From an uncultured Chloroflexia bacterium (lineage in GTDB: Bacteria > Chloroflexota > Limnocylindria > Limnocylindrales > CSP1-4), in assembly GCA_963731995.1 (NCBI GenBank), contig CAVSXV010000012.1:6500-70499 (forward strand): DNA of 64,000 nucleotides. The letters run 5' to 3'. How positions within the stretch are numbered: position 1 is the stretch's first letter; each line of letters begins with the position of its first letter. Under the pieces are notes generated by a model. The model did not search any database. It was not told the origin of the DNA and saw only the letters and a program-made list of their open reading frames with translations. Of the stretch, positions 22,321 through 31,480 are shown piece by piece. The position numbers and the translations under genes are program-made.

Positions 22321-23058
22321 ATGAGCGATCCTGTCTCGGTCCGCTACAAGGATGCGTTGCAGCGTGGCCACGTGGCCGTGGTCAAGGGCCGGCCGCGCGA
22401 GGCCATCAGGCACTACCAGGAAGCGGCGTCGCTGGTGCCCGATCGGCCGCTACCGTATATCCGCATCGGCCACGTCTACCTCGGCATGGAGCAGCCGGGC
22501 CAAGCCCTCGACGCCTTCGAGGCCGCTCTCGAGCGGGCGCCTGCCGATCGCGAGGCCCTCGAGGGCAAGGCCGCTGCGCTGGCCACGAGCGGACGTGTCG
22601 ACGAGGCCGGCGCGGCCCGCTCCCGGGCCGCGCAGATCGAGGCCATGGAGCGTGCCGGTCGGCCGCTTCGGCAGCCGGCAGACCCGCGTCTGCTCGAGAT
22701 CGAACAACACGTCATCAACGGCGCTGCAGCCCGCGCCGCGGGCGACTTGGGCGTGGCCTCGGCCGCCTTCCTCACGGCCGCCAACGGCTATGTCGCCATC
22801 AACGACTTCGATGCAGCCATCGATGCCTGCCTGCGTGGCCTCGAGGCCCGGCCCGGCAACATCGACATCCACTTCGTGATGGCCATGCTCTACCTGCGTC
22901 GTGGCTGGGTCGAGCTCGGCGTCCAGCGAGTCCTGCTCATCGCCCACCGGCTCGACATCGACGACGACCCTCTCCGGCGCAACGCCCTCGCGGCTCTGGC
23001 GCGCGACTTCCGGACGCTCTCGCCGGAGTTGGAACGCCTCGCGTCCAGTGCGAGTTGA
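22321..23058 (+). CDS. TPR-repeat protein (hypothetical)
   Basis: 245 aa with Ala/Leu-rich helical repeats (…AIRHYQEAASLVPDRPLPYIRIGHVYLGMEQPGQALDAFEAALERAP…) typical of tetratricopeptide repeats; good GC3. Confidence 0.6.
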   Translation: MSDPVSVRYKDALQRGHVAVVKGRPREAIRHYQEAASLVPDRPLPYIRIGHVYLGMEQPGQALDAFEAALERAPADREALEGKAAALATSGRVDEAGAARSRAAQIEAMERAGRPLRQPADPRLLEIEQHVINGAAARAAGDLGVASAAFLTAANGYVAINDFDAAIDACLRGLEARPGNIDIHFVMAMLYLRRGWVELGVQRVLLIAHRLDIDDDPLRRNALAALARDFRTLSPELERLASSAS

Positions 23059-23113
23059 GCGCGCCCCCGGCACCGACGCCCCCTCGGCGCGCCGGTGGTA
23101 GTCTCAGCCGCAG

Positions 23114-23995
23114 ATGGATCAGCTGCGTGACCTAGCCGCGGGTCTGCGGATCGAACCGAGCGCACTGCTCGACATCTTCCTGACCGCAGTCCTCATCTAT
23201 CTGGTGCTGCGCCTCATCCAGGGCACGCGCGCGGTGCGACTGGCCATCGGGGCCGCGATCGTCTACGCCGTCTACGTTCTCGCCCTCCAGCTCGACCTAC
23301 GCCTACTCTCGGGCATCCTCCAGACTGGTGCGGTGGTCGGTCTCGTGGCCCTCGTGGTCGTCTTCCAGCCGGAGCTGCGTCGCGGCCTCGACCGCATCGG
23401 TCGCGTGGGTTCGGTGGCCATCGTCGGCGGTTCGGCCGTAGGCGGGCATCAGCGCGTGGCCGGCCTGCTCGCGTCCTCGGCTGCCAAGCTCTCACGACGG
23501 CGTACCGGCGCACTCATCGTCGTCGAACGTGACACCGCCCTCGGCGACATGGCCGAGACGGGCGTGATGATCCACGGCGACCTGAGTGCCGAGCTGCTGG
23601 CTTCGCTCTTCGCCCCGGGCTATCCGCTGCATGATGGCGCGGTGCTCGTACAGAGCGACGAGATCGTGGCCGCCGGGGTGATGCTGCCGTTGGCCGATCG
23701 CGAAGGCTCTCTCGAGGACTACGGCACGCGCCATCGCGCAGCGCTGGGTATCTCCGAGCAGACCGACGCGGTAGCTGTCGTGGTCAGCGAAGAGAGCGGT
23801 TCCATCAGTCTCGCGGTCGGTGGCGACATCGTGCGTGATATCGACGAGGACGAGCTGCGCCAACGGCTCTACGGTCTCCTCGCCCCGGCCGAGATCAGCA
23901 CTCGTACGCGACGCTTCTCCTGGCGTGGTCGAGCGGCTGGCCCCGGCGCAGACGAAGCCCCCGACGGAACCCCGGACGGGGGGACCGCCAGGTGA
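23114..23995 (+). CDS. cdaA: Diadenylate cyclase CdaA (DAC domain, N-terminal TM helices)
   Basis: 3 predicted TM helices followed by the DAC motifs …GALIVVERDTALGD…HDGAVLV…TRHRAALGISEQTDAVAVVVSEESGSISLA. Confidence 0.88.
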   Translation: MDQLRDLAAGLRIEPSALLDIFLTAVLIYLVLRLIQGTRAVRLAIGAAIVYAVYVLALQLDLRLLSGILQTGAVVGLVALVVVFQPELRRGLDRIGRVGSVAIVGGSAVGGHQRVAGLLASSAAKLSRRRTGALIVVERDTALGDMAETGVMIHGDLSAELLASLFAPGYPLHDGAVLVQSDEIVAAGVMLPLADREGSLEDYGTRHRAALGISEQTDAVAVVVSEESGSISLAVGGDIVRDIDEDELRQRLYGLLAPAEISTRTRRFSWRGRAAGPGADEAPDGTPDGGTAR

Positions 23996-25203
23996 GCGCC
24001 ATCACGGGCATGCTCTTCGCCAACTGGCCCCTGAAGCTGACCGCGCTGGGCCTGGCCACGGTGCTCTACATGGGCGTGGCCATCTCCGAGTCCACGCAGA
24101 CCTGGACCGGCCCGGTGCCCATCGAGGTCCTCAACGCACCCACCGGTGGCGCCCTGCTCGACGACCCCGGAGCTGTCGAGCGCATCGAGTTCAGCGCGCC
24201 CGAAGCGGTCGCCGCGGCGCTCACCAACGACAGCTTCCGGGCCAGTGTCGACCTCTCCTCGGTGGTGCCGCGACCCGGGGCCAACACCGTCGACGTGCCG
24301 GTCGACGTCTTTCCGGTCGATCCCCGCATCCGCGTGGTGGACTACGACCCGCCGGGGGTGACCTTGCGCGTGGACCAGGTCGTCTCGCGCACCATGCCCG
24401 TGCAGGTCGACCACGGGCCGCTGCCTGAGGGCATCGAGTTGGGGCCCATCACCGTCGAGCCCAACCAGGCCACCATCACCGGCGCCTCCTCGCGCCTGCA
24501 GAACGTGCGCACGGTCGAAGGCCACTTCCTCGTGGACGCCAGCGGCATCAACATCGACCAGGAGGTCACGCTCGAGGCCTTCGACGAGGTCGGCGCCATC
24601 GTGCCGGGCGTGGACGTGCAACCCGCCTCCATCAGGGTCCAGGCTGATGTGGCTCGCCAGCTGGCCTACGCCACCCTGCCGGTCATCCCCGAGCTCGTCG
24701 GCGAGCCGGCCCGCGGCCGACGCGTGGACAATGTCTCGGTGTTGCCTGCCACCGTCACCGTCAGCGGCGAGAGCCCCGAGATCCGCGGCCTCGACCATGT
24801 CTCCACCGAGCCACTGGACATCAGCGGCCAGTCGGTCGAGCTCGTCTCCGAGGTACCACTGGCGCTGGCCGAGGACCTGACCGCACGGCAGGACGTCGTC
24901 AGCGTCATCGTCACCTTCACCGAGACCCTTGGCTCGCGAAGCTACGAGGTGGGCACGGCCATCACCGGGGCCCAGCCCGCGTTCAGCTATCGCGTCGAGC
25001 AACCCTCGGTCAGCGTGGTCATCTCGGGGCCGCTGGCACAGCTCGACGAGCTGGCGGTCGAGGAGCTCAGCGTGGAGGTCCCGGTCGCCGGTCTCGAGGT
25101 GGGCGACAATGAGGTCATGCCCATCGTTCGATCCCCCCGCGGCACCGAGGTGGTCCGCGTCACCCCTGAGGCCGTGCGCGTCAGGGTCTCCGAAGCCTCG
25201 TGA
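23992..25203 (+). CDS. cdaR: CdaA regulatory protein CdaR (YbbR-like domain protein)
   Basis: N-terminal TM segment, repeated beta-rich YbbR-like segments; ATGA-type overlap with cdaA and followed by glmM, as in the conserved cdaA-cdaR-glmM operon. Confidence 0.7.
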   Translation: MSAITGMLFANWPLKLTALGLATVLYMGVAISESTQTWTGPVPIEVLNAPTGGALLDDPGAVERIEFSAPEAVAAALTNDSFRASVDLSSVVPRPGANTVDVPVDVFPVDPRIRVVDYDPPGVTLRVDQVVSRTMPVQVDHGPLPEGIELGPITVEPNQATITGASSRLQNVRTVEGHFLVDASGINIDQEVTLEAFDEVGAIVPGVDVQPASIRVQADVARQLAYATLPVIPELVGEPARGRRVDNVSVLPATVTVSGESPEIRGLDHVSTEPLDISGQSVELVSEVPLALAEDLTARQDVVSVIVTFTETLGSRSYEVGTAITGAQPAFSYRVEQPSVSVVISGPLAQLDELAVEELSVEVPVAGLEVGDNEVMPIVRSPRGTEVVRVTPEAVRVRVSEAS

Positions 25204-26537
25204 GCAGCCTCTTCGGCACCGACGGCATCCGCGGCGTGGCCAACGAAGACCTCAAGCCCTCGCTCGCCCACGCCCTGGGTCGCGCCCTGGCCACCCGCCT
25301 GGCCGGACCCGGTGGTCGCATCCTCGTGGGCCAGGACACCCGTCGTTCGGGGGACATGCTGGTGGCCGCGCTGATGTCCGGTGGCACCAGTGCCGGCGCC
25401 CACGTCCACACGCTCGGTGTCTGTCCCACGCCCGCGCTCGCGCACGTGACGGCGGTCGGTGACTATGCCGTGGGGGTGATGGTCAGCGCCTCCCACAACC
25501 CGGCCGAGGACAACGGTCTCAAGGTGCTCAGCGGCAAGGGCCTGAAGCTGGACGACGAGATGGAGGATGAGCTCGAGACGCTGATCATCCGCTCCGAGGA
25601 GCTGGGCAGCCCGCGCAACGATGCCCTCGGCCGCGTCGTCGACGCCCGCGACGACATGCGCTACTACCTCGAGCATCGCCTGGGCATGGCTCGCCGCATC
25701 GGCTCCGACTTGCGGGTCCACGTCGACTGCGCCAACGGCTCTGCGTCTGGCGTGGCCCAGGAGATCCTGGCCGCTTCCGGTGCGCAGGTGACGGCCCACT
25801 TCCACCAGCCTGACGGGCTCAACATCAACCTCGACTGCGGTGCCACGGTGCCCGAGACGCTGGCCACCGTGGTGGCCGAGCAGGGCGGTGACGTCGGCTT
25901 CAGCCTCGACGGCGATGCCGACCGCTGCGTGGCCATCGACGAGCGCGGTCAGGTCGTCGATGGCGACCAGTTGCTGGGCATCATCGCCCTCGATCGCCTC
26001 GCGCGCGGAGCGCTTGCCGAGGACACCATGGTCGTGACCATCCTGAGCAACGGTGGCCTGGCCCGGGCCGTGGAAGAGGCCGGTGGCCGCGTCCTGCGCA
26101 CCAAGGTCGGCGACCGCTACATCGTGGACTCGATGCTCCTCTCGGGCGCCGGTCTCGGCGGTGAGAAGAGCGGCCACGTCATCGTGCGCGAGCACACCAC
26201 CACCGGTGATGGCATCGTCACCGCCCTCGAGATCCTCGACATCCTGGCCCGCTCCGGCCGTCCCTTGAGCGAGCTCGCGGCAGTGATCCCGCTCGACCCC
26301 CAGCAGCAGCGCGCGGTGCGGGTCAAGTCCAAGGAGTGGCAGGCCGACCGGGTGCTCGCCGAGGCCGTCGCGGCGGCCGAGGCCGAGATGGAAGGCCAGG
26401 GCCGTGTCGTGGTTCGTCCCTCAGGCACCGAGCCAAGGCTGCGGATCATGGTGGAGGGCCGGGATGGGGCGCGCGTGCTGCGTCTCGCGGACGATTTGGC
26501 GGCCCTGGCGGCCGAACGACTGAACCAGGAGCGCTAG
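25200..26537 (+). CDS. glmM: Phosphoglucosamine mutase
   Basis: MSSLFGTDGIRGVANE…SASHNPAEDNGLKV… phosphoserine loop. Confidence 0.95.
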   Translation: MSSLFGTDGIRGVANEDLKPSLAHALGRALATRLAGPGGRILVGQDTRRSGDMLVAALMSGGTSAGAHVHTLGVCPTPALAHVTAVGDYAVGVMVSASHNPAEDNGLKVLSGKGLKLDDEMEDELETLIIRSEELGSPRNDALGRVVDARDDMRYYLEHRLGMARRIGSDLRVHVDCANGSASGVAQEILAASGAQVTAHFHQPDGLNINLDCGATVPETLATVVAEQGGDVGFSLDGDADRCVAIDERGQVVDGDQLLGIIALDRLARGALAEDTMVVTILSNGGLARAVEEAGGRVLRTKVGDRYIVDSMLLSGAGLGGEKSGHVIVREHTTTGDGIVTALEILDILARSGRPLSELAAVIPLDPQQQRAVRVKSKEWQADRVLAEAVAAAEAEMEGQGRVVVRPSGTEPRLRIMVEGRDGARVLRLADDLAALAAERLNQER

Positions 26538-26540
26538 CGC

Positions 26541-28370
26541 ATGTGCGGGATCGTCGGCTACGTAGGGCATCACCAGGCGGCACCGGTGCTCATCGAGGGC
26601 CTCGCGCGCCTCGAGTACCGCGGCTATGACTCGGCCGGCATCGCCCTGGTCACCGAGGCGGGTGACCTCTTCGTCAAGAAGCGAGCGGGCAAGATCGACG
26701 TCCTGCGTGCCGCGCTCGCCGAGGGCACCCCGCCCTCGACCACGGGCCTTGGCCATACCCGTTGGGCCACGCACGGCCGGCCCAACGACCTCAATGCCCA
26801 TCCCCACGTGGACTGCACCGGCGAGCTGACGGTCATCCACAACGGCATCATCGAGAACTTCATCGAGCTGCGGGAAGAGCTGGAGGCGGCCGGCCACGTC
26901 TTCGACTCCGAGACCGACACCGAGGCCATCGCCCATCTCGTGGAGGAGGCCTACGACGGTGACCTCTCGGCCGCGGTGCGAACGGCCCTGCTGCGGGCCC
27001 ACGGCGCCTATGCGCTGGCGGTCATCCACAAGGGCGAGCCCGAGCGCGTCGTCGGTGCCAAGATGAACGTGCCGCTCATCGTCGGGCTTGGCGACGGCGA
27101 GGCCTTCCTGGCCTCCGACGTGGCTGCGGTGCTGGCCCACACTCGCCGGGTCATCTTCCTCGAGGAAGGCGACGTGGCGGACATCCGGCCCGGATCGGTC
27201 ATCATCACCGACCTGGTCGGGCGCGAGCAGGAGCGCCCGGTCAGCGAGATCGAGTGGGATCTCGAGGCGGCCGAGAAGGGCGGCTACGAGCACTACATGC
27301 TCAAGGAGATCCACGAGCAGCCGGAGGCGATCCGCGCCGCGATCGCTGGTCGCATCCACGGGGACGCGGTGCGCGTGCCGGAGCTGGAGCCGCTGCGGCC
27401 GATCCTGCCCTACATCGAGCGCATCGAGCTCATCGCCTGCGGCTCGGCCGCCTATGCCGCGGCGGTCGCGGCCACCGCCCTGCAGGCCTGGACCGGCCTC
27501 CCGGCCCGCTGGAACGTGGGCTCGGAGTTCCGCTATGACCCGCCGCCGCTGGACCAGAAGACACTGGTCATCGCGGTCACCCAGTCAGGCGAGACCGCTG
27601 ACACGCTGGCGCCCACCCGGCTGGCGCGCGAGAAGGGCTGCCCGGTGGTGGCTGTGACCAACACGGTCGGCTCGGCCATCACCCGAGAGGCCGACGCCGT
27701 GCTCTTCCTGCAGGCCGGACCGGAGATCGCGGTCGTGGCCACCAAGACGTATGTGACCCAGGTGGTGACATTGCTGCTGGTGGCAGCCCAGATCGCCAAG
27801 TCACGGGGCGGACTCGACGAGCTCTACGAGAAGGCCCTGGTCGAGGGCCTGCGTGCGCTGCCGGCCAGCGCCGAGCGCACCATCGAGATGAACGAGGCAT
27901 CGGCAGCCGAGCTGGCTCGCCGGTACGTGGGTTCGCGGGGCTACATGTACGTGGGCCGCGGCATCACCTATCCAGCCGCGCTCGAAGGCGCGCTCAAGCT
28001 CAAGGAGGTCAGCTACGTCCATGCCGAGGGCTATGCCGCGGGCGAGCTGAAGCACGGGCCCATCTCGCTGCTCGATGCGGAGGTGCCCTTGGTGGCGGTG
28101 GCCACGCGCACGGCGGTGCACGACAAGCTGGTGAGCAACCTCATGGAAGGTCGCGCTCGCGACGCGCGCGTCATCGCGGTGGTGACCGAAGGGGACGATC
28201 GCATGAAGGCCGTGGCCGACGACATCATGTGGGTGCCGCCCACCGTCGAGATGCTGAGCCCGGCGCTGGCCATCATCCCGCTGCAGCTCTTCGCCTATCA
28301 CACGGCGGTGGAGCGCGGCACCAACGTCGATCAGCCGCGCAACCTGGCCAAGTCGGTGACGGTCGAGTGA
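26541..28370 (+). CDS. glmS: Glutamine--fructose-6-phosphate aminotransferase (isomerising)
   Basis: MCGIVGYVGH… N-terminal Cys amidotransferase, two SIS domains, C-terminal …AKSVTVE. Confidence 0.97.
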   Translation: MCGIVGYVGHHQAAPVLIEGLARLEYRGYDSAGIALVTEAGDLFVKKRAGKIDVLRAALAEGTPPSTTGLGHTRWATHGRPNDLNAHPHVDCTGELTVIHNGIIENFIELREELEAAGHVFDSETDTEAIAHLVEEAYDGDLSAAVRTALLRAHGAYALAVIHKGEPERVVGAKMNVPLIVGLGDGEAFLASDVAAVLAHTRRVIFLEEGDVADIRPGSVIITDLVGREQERPVSEIEWDLEAAEKGGYEHYMLKEIHEQPEAIRAAIAGRIHGDAVRVPELEPLRPILPYIERIELIACGSAAYAAAVAATALQAWTGLPARWNVGSEFRYDPPPLDQKTLVIAVTQSGETADTLAPTRLAREKGCPVVAVTNTVGSAITREADAVLFLQAGPEIAVVATKTYVTQVVTLLLVAAQIAKSRGGLDELYEKALVEGLRALPASAERTIEMNEASAAELARRYVGSRGYMYVGRGITYPAALEGALKLKEVSYVHAEGYAAGELKHGPISLLDAEVPLVAVATRTAVHDKLVSNLMEGRARDARVIAVVTEGDDRMKAVADDIMWVPPTVEMLSPALAIIPLQLFAYHTAVERGTNVDQPRNLAKSVTVE

Positions 28371-28924
28371 CCGGCCTGCCCACGCCACCGCCGGGCGCCC
28401 AGGAGGTCGGCATCGACATCATCAAGGTCGACCGCATCCGGGCGGCCATCGCCAAGCACGGTCGCCGCTTCGCGTCGCGTGTGCTCACCGACCACGAGGA
28501 CGCCTACGTGCGTGACCGCCCCGAGAACTTCGCCGGGCGCTGGGCGGCCAAGGAGGCCGTCTCCAAGGTGCTTGGGCTCGGCGTCCGTGGTGTCGGCTGG
28601 CGCGAGATCGAGATCATCCGCCTGCCCACGGGGGCACCCATGTGCCGGCTCCACGATCGGGCGCTGGCACGTGCCGACCAGCTGGGCATGGAGCGCATCG
28701 CGGTCTCGATCAGCCACGAGCGCGAGTACGCGGTGGCGGTCGCTTTCGGGATCCGTACCGAGGGCGGCGAGTTCGTCTTCCCCATCGACATGGAAGCCCG
28801 CATGGACGACCGTGAGAAGCAGCTCATGGCTCGCATGCGCCGCCTGCGCGACCTCGACGCCGAGGTGCGGGCCGCCGAAGCCGGAGCCCAGGTCGCGGCC
28901 GATCCCAAGCCGGAGCCCGAGTGA
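28367..28924 (+). CDS. acpS: Holo-[acyl-carrier-protein] synthase with ~50-aa C-terminal extension
   Basis: …EVGIDIIKVDRIRAAI…FAGRWAAKEAVSKVLG…; GTG 28367 overlapping the glmS stop. The track ORF from 28229 extends upstream inside glmS. Confidence 0.8.
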   Translation: MTGLPTPPPGAQEVGIDIIKVDRIRAAIAKHGRRFASRVLTDHEDAYVRDRPENFAGRWAAKEAVSKVLGLGVRGVGWREIEIIRLPTGAPMCRLHDRALARADQLGMERIAVSISHEREYAVAVAFGIRTEGGEFVFPIDMEARMDDREKQLMARMRRLRDLDAEVRAAEAGAQVAADPKPEPE

Positions 28925-29859
28925 CCGGTTCCCGGAGCGGGCTCATCGACGAGATCGCGGCTGCCCGCCTCCTGCCCGAGCGCGATCCGCGCGGCCACAA
29001 GGGCACCTTCGGACGGGTGCTGGCCGTGGCCGGCTCGCTCGACTACGCCGGTGCCGCACTGATGGCCGGCAGCGCGGCGATGCGTGCGGGCAGCGGTCTG
29101 GTGACCCTCTGTGTGCCGGCCTCGCTGCAGCCGATCATCGCCGGACGCGTGCCCGAGCTCATCACCCGTGGGCTGGCCGAGTCGGCGCCCTTCGAGGTCG
29201 ATCCCGCCGCAGCCGCGGCCACCGTCGGGGAGCTACAACATGACGCGTTGCTGCTGGGACCGGGTCTGCCGCCATCGCGAGCGGTCGCCCGTCTGAGCGC
29301 CTCGCTGCTGGCCGCCGAGGGCACGCCGGCCGTCGTCGACGCCGGGGCGCTGGCCGTGCTGGCCGAGATGCCCGGCTGGTGGGACCGTCTGGGACGAGCG
29401 GTCGTGGTCACGCCGCACCCGGGCGAGTTCGCCCGCCTCGGTCACGAGACCGGGCAGTCCGACGAGGAACGACGGGCCGCGGCCCTCGAGGCTGCCCGCA
29501 GCTGGGGCGTGACGGTGGTGCTCAAGGGTGCCCACACCGTGATCGCCGCGTCCGACGGCCGTGAACTGACCGCGCCGTTCGAGCTGCCGGCGCTCGGCAC
29601 CGGGGGCAGTGGCGACGTGCTCGCGGGCGTGATCGCCTCGCTGGTCGGGCAGGGACTGGCCCCCTTCGAGGCGGCGGCCCTTGGCGTCTACCTGCACGCT
29701 CGCGCCGCCGAGGACCTCAGCAGCCACCTCGGCGATGCCGGCCTGATGGCCACCGACCTGCTGCCGGCCATCCCGCGTGTTCGCCGCCACCTCGCGGCCC
29801 TACGTGAACGCGACCGCGGTGGCCGGCTGGGGCTCGAGGCACCCGAGGGTCCCGCGTGA
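28921..29859 (+). CDS. nnrD: ADP-dependent (S)-NAD(P)H-hydrate dehydratase (YjeF C-terminal/carbohydrate-kinase-like domain)
   Basis: …HKGTFGRVLAVAGSLDYAGAALMAGSAAMRAGSGLVTL…GTGGSGDVLAGVIASL…. Confidence 0.8.
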   Translation: MTGSRSGLIDEIAAARLLPERDPRGHKGTFGRVLAVAGSLDYAGAALMAGSAAMRAGSGLVTLCVPASLQPIIAGRVPELITRGLAESAPFEVDPAAAAATVGELQHDALLLGPGLPPSRAVARLSASLLAAEGTPAVVDAGALAVLAEMPGWWDRLGRAVVVTPHPGEFARLGHETGQSDEERRAAALEAARSWGVTVVLKGAHTVIAASDGRELTAPFELPALGTGGSGDVLAGVIASLVGQGLAPFEAAALGVYLHARAAEDLSSHLGDAGLMATDLLPAIPRVRRHLAALRERDRGGRLGLEAPEGPA

Positions 29860-31040
29860 CCGACCGTCGCGGCGCCTGGCTCGAGATCGACCTCGACGCC
29901 ATCCGCCACAACCTCGGGCTCATCCGTGCGGTCGTCGGTGAGGCGGCGCTGGCACCGGTGGTCAAGGCCGAGGCCTACGGCCACGGCATGGTCGCGGTGA
30001 GCCGCGCCATCGAGCCCATGGTCGAGGCGCTCTGCGTGGCCACCCTCGATGAGGCCATCACCCTCCGCTCCGCGGTCGGAGCGCGGATCATCATGCTCTA
30101 CCCGGTACCGCACCCGGCCGTGCCCGAGGCGCTCGAATACGACATCGAGCTGCCGGTCATGGCGATGGCCGACCTCGATGCCATCCGTGGGGCCGCCCGC
30201 GCCGACCGGCCACCGGCGCGGGTCCACATCGGGGTCGAGACCGGCATGGGCCGTGGAGGTCTGCAGCCCGAGGCGGTCGTGGCCGTGGCCGCACAGGCGC
30301 AGGCCGATCCCGCTGTCGAGCTGGCCGGGCTGTGGTCCCATCTGCACAGTCCCGAAGACCCGCCCACCTCTGACGGCCAGCTGTTGCGCTTCGACGTGGC
30401 CACCACGGCCCTGCGCGAGGCGCGCATCCCGGTCCCGCCGCGTCACAGCGCAGCCTCGGGCGGCATCTTCACCGGTGACGAACCCGCCCTCGACCTGGTC
30501 CGACCCGGCATCGCCAGCTACGGCGTGCTGGACGAAGGGCTGCCCGTCGCGCCCGATGCGCTCGAGGCGGCCCGCGGCCTGCGCCCGGCGATGTCGCTCA
30601 AGGCCCGACCGATCGCCTTCAGCGAGGTGCCGGAGGGTGGCACGGTCGGGTACGGCGGCACCTGGCGCGCCCACCGAACGACGCGCATCGCGGTCCTGCC
30701 CGTGGGCTATGGCGACGGCTACCTGCGCAGCTCGCAGCCCGGCGCCGAGGTCCTCGTGCGGGGGCGGCGGGTACCGCTCGTGGGGCGCATCTCGATGGAT
30801 GCGGTCACGGTCGATGTCACCGACCTGCCCGGGCTCGACTACGACGAGGAGTTCGTGCTCCTCGGCGCGCAGGGCGAAGACCGCATCAGCGCCGGGGAAC
30901 TGGCGCGCCGACGCAACACCATCGCCTGGGAAGTGCTCACCAGCATGGCTCAGCGGCTGGCCCGGGTGTACCATCCGAGCGCTGGTACCGCTGACGCGGA
31001 GCAAAGCCTCACCGGGACCGGCGCCAAGCGACATCCTTGA
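29856..31040 (+). CDS. alr: Alanine racemase
   Basis: …APVVKAEAYGHG… PLP-Lys motif; C-terminal domain …GRISMDAVTVDVTD…. Confidence 0.93.
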   Translation: MTDRRGAWLEIDLDAIRHNLGLIRAVVGEAALAPVVKAEAYGHGMVAVSRAIEPMVEALCVATLDEAITLRSAVGARIIMLYPVPHPAVPEALEYDIELPVMAMADLDAIRGAARADRPPARVHIGVETGMGRGGLQPEAVVAVAAQAQADPAVELAGLWSHLHSPEDPPTSDGQLLRFDVATTALREARIPVPPRHSAASGGIFTGDEPALDLVRPGIASYGVLDEGLPVAPDALEAARGLRPAMSLKARPIAFSEVPEGGTVGYGGTWRAHRTTRIAVLPVGYGDGYLRSSQPGAEVLVRGRRVPLVGRISMDAVTVDVTDLPGLDYDEEFVLLGAQGEDRISAGELARRRNTIAWEVLTSMAQRLARVYHPSAGTADAEQSLTGTGAKRHP

Positions 31041-31122
31041 CCGGTCGCGAGGATCCGGGTAGAGAGGGACCCGCTCTTGCAGCCGTGCCGGTTGGACGTG
31101 TCCTCCAGGAGGGAACAGGGGT

Positions 31123-31440
31123 TTGCTACGACCGCCCGAGATGACCGAGCAGCTCCCGGAGTCTCCGGACTTCCGTGGCTATGACGGCGACGATATCGAG
31201 AATGTCGCGCGTGAGATCATGATGCGGGGGGTGACCGTGCCGGCCGTGCTGTTCCTCGAAGCCAACCGCGGTGCCGGTTCGCTCGATGGCTTGGGCATGC
31301 TCTTCTTCGATCCGGCCATCCACCGCATCTTCGGCGGCGAGGATCCCGGTGCCAGCAGCCTGCTGGCTGACGATGACGGCATCGAGCGGCTCATCGATCG
31401 CCTCGAGGAGCTCGACGCCGAATACGCCCTCGACGCCTGA
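31123..31440 (+). CDS. Hypothetical small acidic protein (105 aa)
   Basis: High-GC3 ORF; TTG 31123 preceded by AGGAGGG (31107-31113). Alternative ATG at 31141. No recognisable family. Confidence 0.5.
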   Translation: MLRPPEMTEQLPESPDFRGYDGDDIENVAREIMMRGVTVPAVLFLEANRGAGSLDGLGMLFFDPAIHRIFGGEDPGASSLLADDDGIERLIDRLEELDAEYALDA

Positions 31441-31480
31441 TCGCCGGCCCTCTGAGCCGGTCCCGGCTACCATCTGACGC

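Noticed and set aside
26537-26541. glmS ribozyme upstream of glmS
   Set aside because: Only 3 nt separate glmM and glmS, so no ribozyme can be present.
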